IMG/VR virus record: IMGVR_UViG_3300044710_000080
Location: 1-64,000 of that record
Length of the DNA stretch: 64,000 bases
Origin: a virus
Direction: 5' to 3' (one strand)
Shown piece by piece: positions 30,387 through 38,888 of the stretch (its first letter is position 1; each line of letters begins with the position of its first letter). The notes under the pieces are model-generated. The model was not told the DNA's origin. It ran no database searches and saw only the letters and a program-made list of their open reading frames with translations. Made by a program: the position numbers and the translations under genes.

Positions 30387-31565
30387 TCATCGCAGCCACG
30401 GCAGCGCCCCTTCCGCCTCCTCCAGAGTCTCGTATCGGACAATGCCCGGCCGGTTGCGGTGCGATGGCGTTGCGAGGTCGAGCGAGCCGAGCCGGTGCGG
30501 CACCACGTAGACCCCGCCATCGTAGGAGACAAGGTTCATTGAGCCGACGGTGGCGAGGAGTTGGGGATTCGTCGGGGGCGCGAAGATGGCCCCTCCCGGC
30601 TTCTCCGTCGGGAGGGGCGCGGTTTTATCGTCGGACCCCTGAGGGCTCGTTCGTAGTCCTCCATGCTGCACCACCTCGCTTCCCTGCTGGAGGCCAATTC
30701 GCTCGAAGACTGAGGTCCAGAACGGCCGCGCGGCGTGCCGCTCGAGCATCTTGCCCCGCATCCGCTCCGCCATTTCGCGGTCGGCGTCGCCACGGGAAGG
30801 GGCGGCCCGGATGATCTGCTCTGCGTGGTCGTCGGAGCCATACTCGAGGAAATCGACCCCGGGCTCGAACCACGTCCGCGCCGGCGAGTCACTCGGCTCG
30901 AGCAGGCAGGCCCCGGCGAGCGAGGCCTCGACGAACCGGCCTTTGACGTGCCGCTTCTGGCCGGTGCCGGTCCGAGCGTCGTTGATGACGATCCGGCAAC
31001 CCGAATAGAAGGCGCAGACCTCCGGGTAGGAAACCCATGCCCCCGGGTTGAGCCATACGAGGCCGCTAGATGCGAGTCGCTGCAGGATGGGGGTCCTAGC
31101 ACCCCCACCCCCGCAAAAACCCGCCAGCGTGCCCCGCTGGGGCCAGGGGAGGGGGTTAAACATGCCGGGATCGACCGGGGTGAGCGCCACAAGGCCGAAA
31201 CGGGCGATCGGGTTCTCCCGGGATCCGTCGATTGCGACCTGGAGGCGGAACGCCCCGGCGCGATCGTATTCCTCGAGGAGCGGCCACCAGGGCGGGTCGG
31301 CGGCGTCGGAGCAGATGTGCACCATCGGCGCCACCCCGTTCGCCCGCCAGAGGGCGTCCGTCGTCGGGATCGGGCACCCGTCCTGGTGCGGCATGCAGGC
31401 GCCGATGTAGACGATGACATCCGGGCGGTGCTGCTCGGCGATAGCGCCAACATCGGCGCCGAAGACGTCATACCGGACGACCGCAGTATCGGGGACAACC
31501 GCCGTGAACGAGCGGACGAGTTTTTCAGTGTCGGGCGTTCTTGTAGTGAGGCAAAGGCCCTTCAT
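30387..31565 (-). CDS. GT-B glycosyltransferase (CgeB-like)
   Basis: CRIVIN...HVKGRFVEASLAGACLLE...WFEPGVDFLEY. Confidence 0.8.
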   Translation of the reverse strand: MKGLCLTTRTPDTEKLVRSFTAVVPDTAVVRYDVFGADVGAIAEQHRPDVIVYIGACMPHQDGCPIPTTDALWRANGVAPMVHICSDAADPPWWPLLEEYDRAGAFRLQVAIDGSRENPIARFGLVALTPVDPGMFNPLPWPQRGTLAGFCGGGGARTPILQRLASSGLVWLNPGAWVSYPEVCAFYSGCRIVINDARTGTGQKRHVKGRFVEASLAGACLLEPSDSPARTWFEPGVDFLEYGSDDHAEQIIRAAPSRGDADREMAERMRGKMLERHAARPFWTSVFERIGLQQGSEVVQHGGLRTSPQGSDDKTAPLPTEKPGGAIFAPPTNPQLLATVGSMNLVSYDGGVYVVPHRLGSLDLATPSHRNRPGIVRYETLEEAEGALPWLR

Positions 31566-31737
31566 GATTTTGCTGCTCGTGTGCGAAGGATGATGTTCAA
31601 TCCTTCATCTGAGCACGCACGTTCCGTGAGATCGTTGTAAAGTACCGCCGCCTCATACTGCGATTTGCAGACGACGGTGAAGTGAACCTCACTCAAAATC
31701 ATCGAAATCCGTCCAGCCTGAAATGAGAATGGTTCGC

Positions 31738-32007
31738 TCATGCCGTCACCTTTATTGCGGGTGGAGGTGGACGAGGCCGAGACCGCAGCGACCGATCTAC
31801 CCAGAGACGCCCCGGTTCTAAGATCAGGAAACCGGGTATAGGCCGAGCCGTAGGCCCTCTCACTTCGCTGAGACGACATTCGCGCATGAGCCCTTTCCGG
31901 ACCAATGCTTCCCCCGTCTGCCAATTGTCAGGCCAACGGTCAATCCACCCCCGCGGTTCGCGAGCAGCGAAATGCAGCATCTCGCGTTGAGGTGCGCTCA
32001 ACCGCAT
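31738..32007 (-). CDS. Small winged-helix-like protein
   Basis: LSAPQREML...TGEALVRKGL...ILEPGR. Confidence 0.4.
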   Translation of the reverse strand: MRLSAPQREMLHFAAREPRGWIDRWPDNWQTGEALVRKGLMRECRLSEVRGPTARPIPGFLILEPGRLWVDRSLRSRPRPPPPAIKVTA

Positions 32008-32549
32008 AGCTCTGCAAACCGTTTGAATGGCACGCCGCCGGGTTCGCGATATTCAGCCCACGGCCAGCGGCGCAGTATCGATTCGTCCTGAGCTCTGAGT
32101 ATCGCGGTACGCTCGCCGTCCGGAGCGAGTGCGAAAATCCACCGATCCTTGACGCTCTCCTGCTGGCCCTCAGACCATGCGCCGTTGCCAGTAGGCGGTG
32201 GACGAAGGCGATGCCAAGTCGGCGCCCACCACCAATTGCAGGCCCGGTAAAGCGTCCCGGTATGGCCTACCGATGGGTCCGAATAGCTGACGATGGTCGT
32301 CGCATCCGGCCGGATGGCGCGCAACGCGCGCACGAACGCCGCCCATTGTCGGCTGCCGTCGTTGCGGATTCCGCGGATAAGGCACCAGCGCACCAGCTCG
32401 AGCCAGTGGCCGGGAAGCCGACGCGCAGTCGGCGATGCAATCACGATGGCGCCGAACTCGTCCCTCCACGCAACACCGCGATCAACTGCGCCGAGATAGT
32501 GGTTCTCGGCGAGCAGTCCAGCGATTGATCGGCAAGAAGTCCAAGTCAT
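31998..32549 (-). CDS. mom: Mom-like (GNAT-fold) DNA modification protein
   Basis: HYLG, ELVRW, IVSYSDPSVGHTGTLYRACNW. Confidence 0.75.
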   Translation of the reverse strand: MTWTSCRSIAGLLAENHYLGAVDRGVAWRDEFGAIVIASPTARRLPGHWLELVRWCLIRGIRNDGSRQWAAFVRALRAIRPDATTIVSYSDPSVGHTGTLYRACNWWWAPTWHRLRPPPTGNGAWSEGQQESVKDRWIFALAPDGERTAILRAQDESILRRWPWAEYREPGGVPFKRFAELCG

Positions 32550-33571
32550 GCCAGCACCTTCATCCCGATCCGCTCCAGCACCTTACCCCAGAACGCGGAG
32601 GGGGAGTGGCGCTCGATGACCTTGCGGCGGAGCGAGAGCGCCATTTTCTGCGCCTCTTCTGGATTCCCTTCAAGCCATTCCAAGCCGCGTCGAATATCGG
32701 AGATTCCTTGATCCGGCCCTTGATAGCAGCGGTAATCTTTGCCCATCTCAAACCACTGACAAGTGGGCGACATTTCATTCTCGAAGAGCACCGCCCCCGC
32801 GAGCGCCGTCTCTATCACCCGCGCCTTGACGTGCATCCGGTCCCCGCTCCCGGTCGCGGCGTGGTTCCAGACGCAACGGCAGGAAGAGAGGAAATCGCGA
32901 TAGCCGGCTTGGCTCGGGTCGGTGTGGTCGCGGTCGCTGATCGTCAGCAGGCCGGCGCCGAGGAGCGAACGGATCGCCGGCGTGCGCGGGTGCAGATAGC
33001 CGCCCGGGGGCGGGTCGCCGAGCTGGTAACTGCCGCGGAAGCCGAGCCGCACCGGCCGCTCCGCCCACGGCCGCGGCGGATCCGGAAACCCGGCGGGGTC
33101 GATCGGGCAGAGCCCCGTCATGCCGAACTCGCCAATCGGCCCATCCCTCACGCCGTCGATGTTGACCTGGAGCGCGAAGCAGCCCGCATCCTGATAGCGC
33201 CGCAGCTGCGGCCACCAGTCGGCCTCCGACCCATCGCAGCACAGGTGCACGAACGGGTGCCGTCGGCCTATCTCGCGGAGCACATCGACATTCGGCATCA
33301 GCGCCCCGCCAGCATCGCAGCAGCCGATCATGAGCACCCAATCCGGCCCCTGCGAATCCACAAGGGCCGGGAGGCGCTCGAAATAGCGATGGTCGGGCAG
33401 AACCTCGATCCCCTCTGCGGAGAATTGCCGCCGGTGCTGCTCGTAATCCCCCGCGTTGTGCACGTTCATGAGGTCATAGACGATGGGCTTGACCTCGTGC
33501 CCGAGGCCGCGCAACGGCTCGTAGATCGGCGGGCAGCTGGTGGAGAATGTCCGGAGGACCGTTACGCGCAT
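32546..33571 (-). CDS. GT-B glycosyltransferase, paralogue of 30387-31565
   Basis: Shared VH.C.D...WWP.L..Y..AG.F.LQV.IDG and HVK.R..E..LAGA.L.E. Confidence 0.8.
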   Translation of the reverse strand: MRVTVLRTFSTSCPPIYEPLRGLGHEVKPIVYDLMNVHNAGDYEQHRRQFSAEGIEVLPDHRYFERLPALVDSQGPDWVLMIGCCDAGGALMPNVDVLREIGRRHPFVHLCCDGSEADWWPQLRRYQDAGCFALQVNIDGVRDGPIGEFGMTGLCPIDPAGFPDPPRPWAERPVRLGFRGSYQLGDPPPGGYLHPRTPAIRSLLGAGLLTISDRDHTDPSQAGYRDFLSSCRCVWNHAATGSGDRMHVKARVIETALAGAVLFENEMSPTCQWFEMGKDYRCYQGPDQGISDIRRGLEWLEGNPEEAQKMALSLRRKVIERHSPSAFWGKVLERIGMKVLA

Positions 33572-33840
33572 CAGCCTGTCCCCGCCCGTTCATGTTCGGG
33601 CGCGCCTTGCTCGCCGCCCCACGTTGGACGCACGCCGGTTTCCTGTTCGATGATGTCGCCGACGGCATCGCGCATTATGTCCATAAACGCTTGCTTGCGA
33701 ACCGGATGATCGCGCACGAACGCCATCGCGATCGATCCGAGCCAAAGCGCCCCCTCCATAGTATCTGGCATCGCGTAGTAGGCGTTCCAGTTGTTGCCCT
33801 CTACGCGCAACGAAAGACGACCAATCTGCTGTTTTTTCAT
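33571..33840 (-). CDS. Hypothetical phage protein
   Basis: GRLSLRVEG..WNAYYA; coupled to neighbours. Confidence 0.6.
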   Translation of the reverse strand: MKKQQIGRLSLRVEGNNWNAYYAMPDTMEGALWLGSIAMAFVRDHPVRKQAFMDIMRDAVGDIIEQETGVRPTWGGEQGAPEHERAGTG

Positions 33841-34613
33841 TGCGGCTTCCCCTTCCAGATCGTCCGCGCCCCGGCCGGCAGCATGTCGAGCGGGACATCA
33901 ACGTTGAACCCGCGCAGACTCGTCACGTCATAGCCCGCCCCGTACCGATTCGCCCACCGGGAGAGGAAGAGGGCCATGTCGGCCGCCGTCGTATGGGCTT
34001 CCCCAATCCAGTCAGCACCGCCGCTCAATACTGGCATCTTCCGAGCGTCGTCGGCCAGTACCCGCACCAGCGGCTCGCGCGACCACTCACACCGCCCGCC
34101 CGCGCTCCATACCCGCATCCCGAGATCGCAGTCCGCGAAGCCGACCCGATAGTCCCCAGTGAGCCAGAGGCCACGCGCAGCGTCGCGTCGGCGCATCAGC
34201 GGGAAGTAGGGATAGTAGTTGCCGAAGACGGTCCCGATTCGCAGCGTAAAGGCTTGGCGCAGCCCGAGGCAGAATGGCGATGGCGGGCCGCCTCGGTCTG
34301 CAAACGCGAACTCCCGCGCGAGAAAATTGTCGAGCGCAATCTCATCCCATCCCGGCACGAACTCGTGGTCGTCGACCCAGGCGAGGACGAAGTCACCAGT
34401 CGTCTTTCGCAGCGCAGCCTCATGCGCGGCATTAGCGCCTTCCGAGTCGCCCTCCTTTATCCAGACGACGCGGACGCGCCGGTCGAACTTGAGTGCCGGC
34501 TCGTAAGGGGAAACGACGATGATCTCGACATTGTCGTGCACCGTCGCTCGGATATTGTCGAGCGCGCGCTCCAGCGCGGGCGGGTGCAGGGAAGGGAGGG
34601 TGATCGAGATCAT
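33837..34613 (-). CDS. GT-A (family 2-like) glycosyltransferase
   Basis: ISITLPS, EIIVV, G.NAA, GDFVLAWVDD, FADCDLGMR. Confidence 0.85.
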   Translation of the reverse strand: MISITLPSLHPPALERALDNIRATVHDNVEIIVVSPYEPALKFDRRVRVVWIKEGDSEGANAAHEAALRKTTGDFVLAWVDDHEFVPGWDEIALDNFLAREFAFADRGGPPSPFCLGLRQAFTLRIGTVFGNYYPYFPLMRRRDAARGLWLTGDYRVGFADCDLGMRVWSAGGRCEWSREPLVRVLADDARKMPVLSGGADWIGEAHTTAADMALFLSRWANRYGAGYDVTSLRGFNVDVPLDMLPAGARTIWKGKPQ

Positions 34614-34616
34614 CGC

Positions 34617-34760
34617 TCAGCCCAGCGTCGGAGGTCCGGGCAGAATGCCTATTTCTTCGAGCCATATGGTGAAGGCCAAAAGGCCAAAGCTGCAGAGCAA
34701 TATGCTACCCACGAATAGAATGGAGAACAGCAGCGGATGGGCATCTTGAAAGCAGATCAT
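34617..34760 (-). CDS. Small membrane protein
   Basis: AGGAGG RBS; single hydrophobic helix; first ORF after promoter. Confidence 0.5.
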   Translation of the reverse strand: MICFQDAHPLLFSILFVGSILLCSFGLLAFTIWLEEIGILPGPPTLG

Positions 34761-34784
34761 GAGATTTAACCTCCTGATCCGCCG

Positions 34785-34813
34785 ATCATAAGGGAAAATC
34801 GTCCCCGTGTCTA
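34785..34813 (-). promoter_or_regulatory. Sigma70-like promoter with operator in spacer
   Basis: TAGACA-17-TATGAT; spacer contains GGGACGATTTTCCC. Confidence 0.75.
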
Positions 34814-35272
34814 GTAGCCCGGCCAACTCCCGCCAGGCCATGCCCCCCGCCAGCCGGCACCGCCCCAACCACGGCGGGGCGGGAGGTATCGAAACGTCCT
34901 GTAGACCTTCGTCAAAGCCCAGAACGATGCACCATACTGCGTTTGAATCCAGAACGCCTCGGTATCCGTGATCTGGCTGGAATACTCGGCGCTGACATGG
35001 ACCGAGCCTTCGGCGGCATCGCTGATGCGGCCGACGAGCCCTGGTGCGGGTTGGCCGGTCGATGTCGGCGCGAATATCTTCGCGAAGTGCGCGGTCGCGA
35101 AATAGAGCGCCTGCTGGGCAAGCGCCGTGCTGGTGACCGGGCCGGTCCCGTCGTTCTTGAAGAAGTTGGTCGCCATCCCGAAGTAGAGCAGGACTTGCGG
35201 CGACGTCAGATAGGCGAACTCAGGGAAGGCCGCTTGCCACGCGACGGGGTCGAAGTTGATGATGACGCCCAT
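34811..35272 (-). CDS. Head-tail adaptor (DUF4054-like)
   Basis: FPEF, TAH.A, VGRISDAAEGSV.VS, QTQYGASFW. Confidence 0.85.
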   Translation of the reverse strand: MGVIINFDPVAWQAAFPEFAYLTSPQVLLYFGMATNFFKNDGTGPVTSTALAQQALYFATAHFAKIFAPTSTGQPAPGLVGRISDAAEGSVHVSAEYSSQITDTEAFWIQTQYGASFWALTKVYRTFRYLPPRRGWGGAGWRGAWPGGSWPGY

Positions 35273-35285
35273 GCGGAAAGTTCCG

Positions 35286-36065
35286 CTAATTCATGGCATT
35301 TATTTCAAACAGATTCATGGAGATGTCGCCCGGGAGCGTCCCAGGATTTCCTGTAACGCAGATGATGATCGGCGCGCTCTCCGTCGCCGTGAGCGCCGTG
35401 GGTGCCAACAGAGGCGACACCGATCCCGCGACCTGCGCCTGCTGGTGGATGCCCATCTGGGTATTGGATCCAGCGATACCGTATTTGAAAATTTCGGCCT
35501 GAACGGACCACCCGCTCCCGTTCGTAAGCACGCTCCCCGTATCGGCGACGAGCGTGCCCCCGTTGACGACCTGACCGATGACGGCCGCAACCGGGTTGAA
35601 GATGATCTTGACGCGCTTGCTGTTCGTATTGCCGCCGAACGAACCCTGACAGGTGATGCATACACCACGGCCGGCGATGTCGAACGAGTTGCCGGGGATC
35701 GTATAGACGCCGAGCACGTAGTCGTTGCCACTGCCGCCGCAGGTCACACCCGCGCTGATCGAACGAAAGATATTCCCTTCGGCCGCAATCTGGGTGCCAC
35801 CACTGCCAAACCCCGTGGCTTCATTGGGGGGGCCGTTGCCGCCGTTGGCGAAATCCGCGCCGACATACTGCCATGAGGCCGCGCCGGTCGCGGCAGAACG
35901 GCAAAGCCAAGTCCGCAGCGCGCCGGCGGCCGTGTTGATCCACATCGAACCGGGCTGGTAGCCCTGCGTGTTGTCGTTCGTCAGCCCGGGATCGGTGATG
36001 GCCGACCCGTTGTGCACGAACGGACCAACGGCACCGCCAACGAGGCGGTCGAGGGTCGAGGGCAT
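35286..36065 (-). CDS. Putative virion surface/decoration protein
   Basis: DP..TNDNTQGY.PGS.WIN motif; G/S/T-rich; within head module. Confidence 0.6.
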   Translation of the reverse strand: MPSTLDRLVGGAVGPFVHNGSAITDPGLTNDNTQGYQPGSMWINTAAGALRTWLCRSAATGAASWQYVGADFANGGNGPPNEATGFGSGGTQIAAEGNIFRSISAGVTCGGSGNDYVLGVYTIPGNSFDIAGRGVCITCQGSFGGNTNSKRVKIIFNPVAAVIGQVVNGGTLVADTGSVLTNGSGWSVQAEIFKYGIAGSNTQMGIHQQAQVAGSVSPLLAPTALTATESAPIIICVTGNPGTLPGDISMNLFEINAMN

Positions 36066-36094
36066 GGGCGTCTCCTGCTTCTCGGCGCGTCAGA

Positions 36095-36598
36095 TCAGGC
36101 GGCCGTGCCTTCCTTCTGGATCGAGAGCCCCGGCGCGCGCGGCACCCGGTCGTCGCTCGCCACCATGCGCGGCGAACCGTCGGCGCTGCGCACCGTCTTC
36201 ATGCTCATGTCGAGCGGCTCGAGCCCGGACTTGACCTTCGCGTGCTCCTTCGCCGCCGCCTGCGCCCGCTCGGGCGATTCATAGGCGAACAGCAGCTTGT
36301 TCTTGAGCAGATGCGAGTCCGCGTTCTGCTCCTTCCACAGCTTCCAGTCCTCGATCGGAACGTTCGGCGTCAGCGCGTAGCCGGCGACGACGAGGCACTT
36401 TGGCTCCTCGCCGAACACCTTCTGCGGGCCGTAGATTTCGATGACCTTGCCGGGGATCGGGTCCGCGCGCTTCTCGGTGCGCAGGCCGCCGCCGAGAACA
36501 GGGACCGTGACTTCCCTCGTCTCAAACAGCCGGAGCGTCAGGCCCGGGGGGTGCTTGCACGCCACCGTCACCGTCTTTGCGCTCTTGTCGTCCGCCAT
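36095..36598 (-). CDS. Conserved protein downstream of major capsid gene
   Basis: VTVACK.P.GL, GYALT.NV...W..W, SGLEPL. Confidence 0.7.
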   Translation of the reverse strand: MADDKSAKTVTVACKHPPGLTLRLFETREVTVPVLGGGLRTEKRADPIPGKVIEIYGPQKVFGEEPKCLVVAGYALTPNVPIEDWKLWKEQNADSHLLKNKLLFAYESPERAQAAAKEHAKVKSGLEPLDMSMKTVRSADGSPRMVASDDRVPRAPGLSIQKEGTAA

Positions 36599-36760
36599 CG
36601 GGAGCTCCTTTTGCTCGTTCCTTGCTGCCCAACCAGTCGATGACCTTCGCGTGCCACCGCTGCGGCAGACCGCCCGACACCATCAGCGTGCGGACCTGAT
36701 TCTCGCCCAACTCCTCGAGCCGGGCGACGACATCGACCTCTTGCGTGGCGACGAGCGGCA

Positions 36761-37864
36761 TCAGATCCCGATCATCGACGAGATACAGACCGGCATACGG
36801 ACGACCGCACCGAATGTTCCCCCAGTTTGCTTCTGTCTAAAGGCGGACATCGCACGAATGATGGGATGCGCGCGCATGCGCTCGTTGAAGGCGCAGTAGC
36901 CGGTGTCCTGGCCTTCGAGCGTGCGCGCGATCAGCTGCGCGAAGTTGCCGCCTGCAACGCCTTGCGGGTTCGTCGAGGAAAGCACGCCGTACTGGATCGC
37001 GCTCTCGACGGTGAGCCCGGGGAAGTTCTTCTTCAGCAAGTCGGAGACGTTGACGTTGAAGGAGTTCGTCGCGGTCAGCGCGCCCTCGGAGATCGGCGAG
37101 AGTGCGAGCACCATCTTCGTCTCGCGATCGACAAGGCCCGCCGTCTGGTTGACCAGCTGCAGGAACATCGCCTCGATGTCGAGGAAGATTTCGTTCGCGG
37201 TCGCATTGACCGCGGTGCCGACCGTCCAGGCCGTGCCGCCGGCCGCCTTCGTACCGGGGGTCAGGGAGGCCGTGAGCGACGGATCGTTGAGCAGGCCGTA
37301 GTTCTGCAGCCCCTTCACCCCGAACGCATAGGTGAGGTTCTGGAACTTGTTCATCACGGTCGCGGCGGCCTTGTCGACCTCCGAGACCCAGTTGATGCGG
37401 CCGAGGCCGGCGCGCTCGAGTTGGAGCTCGCCGTACTCCTTGACCACCTGGTAGAGGTAGGCTTGGCGCTGGGGCCAGTTCATGTTCACGCCAGCGACGC
37501 CGTTCTCGTTCCAGTCGCCGTAGGACGAGACCTCGCCGGTGTGCTCGACAGTCGGGAACATCACGGTCTGGTCGAGCCAAGTCCCCTTGCGGACCTCGCC
37601 GTAGATTTCCGCGATCTTGTTCGGCGCGAACAGGATCTCGTAAACCGCCGGGTCGATCAGAGTCGTCAGGAACGCCGGGATGCCGGCATTCGGCGACGTA
37701 GTCAGCGTCGGCTGCGCGTCCAGCGCGAGGGTGTAGTCCCTGCGGAACGGTTCGGGCACATAGCCGAACGGTTCCGCGCCATCGACGAAGCTGATCCCTG
37801 CCTCGAAGTAACCGGCCCTGTCGGCATGCCAGGCCGCCCGAGCTTCCTGCAGCGTTCCGTACAT
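36761..37864 (-). CDS. Major capsid protein
   Basis: NAGIPAFLTT.IDP, GEVSSYGD, YGLLNDP, QKQTGGTFGAV; synteny. Confidence 0.9.
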   Translation of the reverse strand: MYGTLQEARAAWHADRAGYFEAGISFVDGAEPFGYVPEPFRRDYTLALDAQPTLTTSPNAGIPAFLTTLIDPAVYEILFAPNKIAEIYGEVRKGTWLDQTVMFPTVEHTGEVSSYGDWNENGVAGVNMNWPQRQAYLYQVVKEYGELQLERAGLGRINWVSEVDKAAATVMNKFQNLTYAFGVKGLQNYGLLNDPSLTASLTPGTKAAGGTAWTVGTAVNATANEIFLDIEAMFLQLVNQTAGLVDRETKMVLALSPISEGALTATNSFNVNVSDLLKKNFPGLTVESAIQYGVLSSTNPQGVAGGNFAQLIARTLEGQDTGYCAFNERMRAHPIIRAMSAFRQKQTGGTFGAVVRMPVCISSMIGI

Positions 37865-37909
37865 TTTCGGTGCTCCTATGGGTCCTGGTGGCCTCTACCC
37901 TGCCGCGCC

Positions 37910-38851
37910 CTAGCCGAGCGCGACCGCGCTGATCTTCACGAGCTCACCCGCGAGCCCCTCCGACATGGCGATCCACTTCGTCTCGACGTTGAGGTTCGAG
38001 CCGATCGGGGAGGACGACATATTCTGCGCGGGCGTGACGATGTAGGTGCCGGTGCTCCCGGCTCCCGTGCCCAAGGCGACAATCTGCGTGTTCGCCGCGA
38101 CCCCCGAGCCGGTGACGACGTCTCCGACCCCGAAGCCGGCGGTCGTGATCGCCGTGACGTTGAGCAGGCCCCAGGTCTCGGTCAGCAGCGCCGAGGCGAC
38201 GGTCTGCTCGCCGAAATTCAGCAGGTACGTCCCGGTGCCGCCGATCGAGCCGGTGAGTTGCGAGACGATGGCCGTGTTCGTGATGACGCCGGTGCCGCCA
38301 GTGATGAGGCCGCCGATGACCAGCGTGCCCGTCGCGACGTTCGTCACCGTCATGACGTTGCCAGTGATCGAGGCGTTGAAGGTCGCCGTCGTCGAGGCGA
38401 TCGTCCCGGTGCCGAGCGCGCCGCCGATGGGCGAACCGGTCGCCGCGAAGTTCGCCGCCCCGTTCGAGAAGGCCGCATAGGCCTTCTGCCCGATGAGCGC
38501 CGTGGTCGTGCCCTCGTTCTTGACCCAAAAGTCGCCGGTCGAGAACAGCGTGATCGGGAACCCCTGCGGAACCAGCATCGAGGATTCCGCGAGATAGGTC
38601 GTGATGAGCGCCTGCTGCTCGCGGTGCACGAAGCCGGTGACCGGCCCGGTGCCGGTGTTGCTCACGCTCGTCGGCGCGCCGACATCATCGAGCGGTGCGA
38701 CCGCCCAGGCGAAGCGCCCGACCGTGACGCCATTCGGCCCCGCGACGAGGCCGCCCGCGCCGGCGAGAACCGAGTTGCGGGGATTGGAACTGGCGAAATC
38801 GCCCGCCACTGCTACGGCAGGCTGGACCCCGACCTGCGTTTGAAACGGCAT
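37910..38851 (-). CDS. Head decoration/cement protein with two Thr/Gly-rich inserted domains
   Basis: AVAGDFAS.NP, GFVHREQQALIT, GDFWV, ETKW; between protease and capsid. Confidence 0.8.
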   Translation of the reverse strand: MPFQTQVGVQPAVAVAGDFASSNPRNSVLAGAGGLVAGPNGVTVGRFAWAVAPLDDVGAPTSVSNTGTGPVTGFVHREQQALITTYLAESSMLVPQGFPITLFSTGDFWVKNEGTTTALIGQKAYAAFSNGAANFAATGSPIGGALGTGTIASTTATFNASITGNVMTVTNVATGTLVIGGLITGGTGVITNTAIVSQLTGSIGGTGTYLLNFGEQTVASALLTETWGLLNVTAITTAGFGVGDVVTGSGVAANTQIVALGTGAGSTGTYIVTPAQNMSSSPIGSNLNVETKWIAMSEGLAGELVKISAVALG

Positions 38852-38888
38852 GGTGTGCTCTCCTTGCGGGTGTGGGGGCGATTCTCGG

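Noticed and set aside
28570-34613. Classical O-antigen seroconversion cassette
   Set aside because: No GtrA/B, Wzx/Wzy or polytopic transferase visible; not strictly excluded because host machinery could be used
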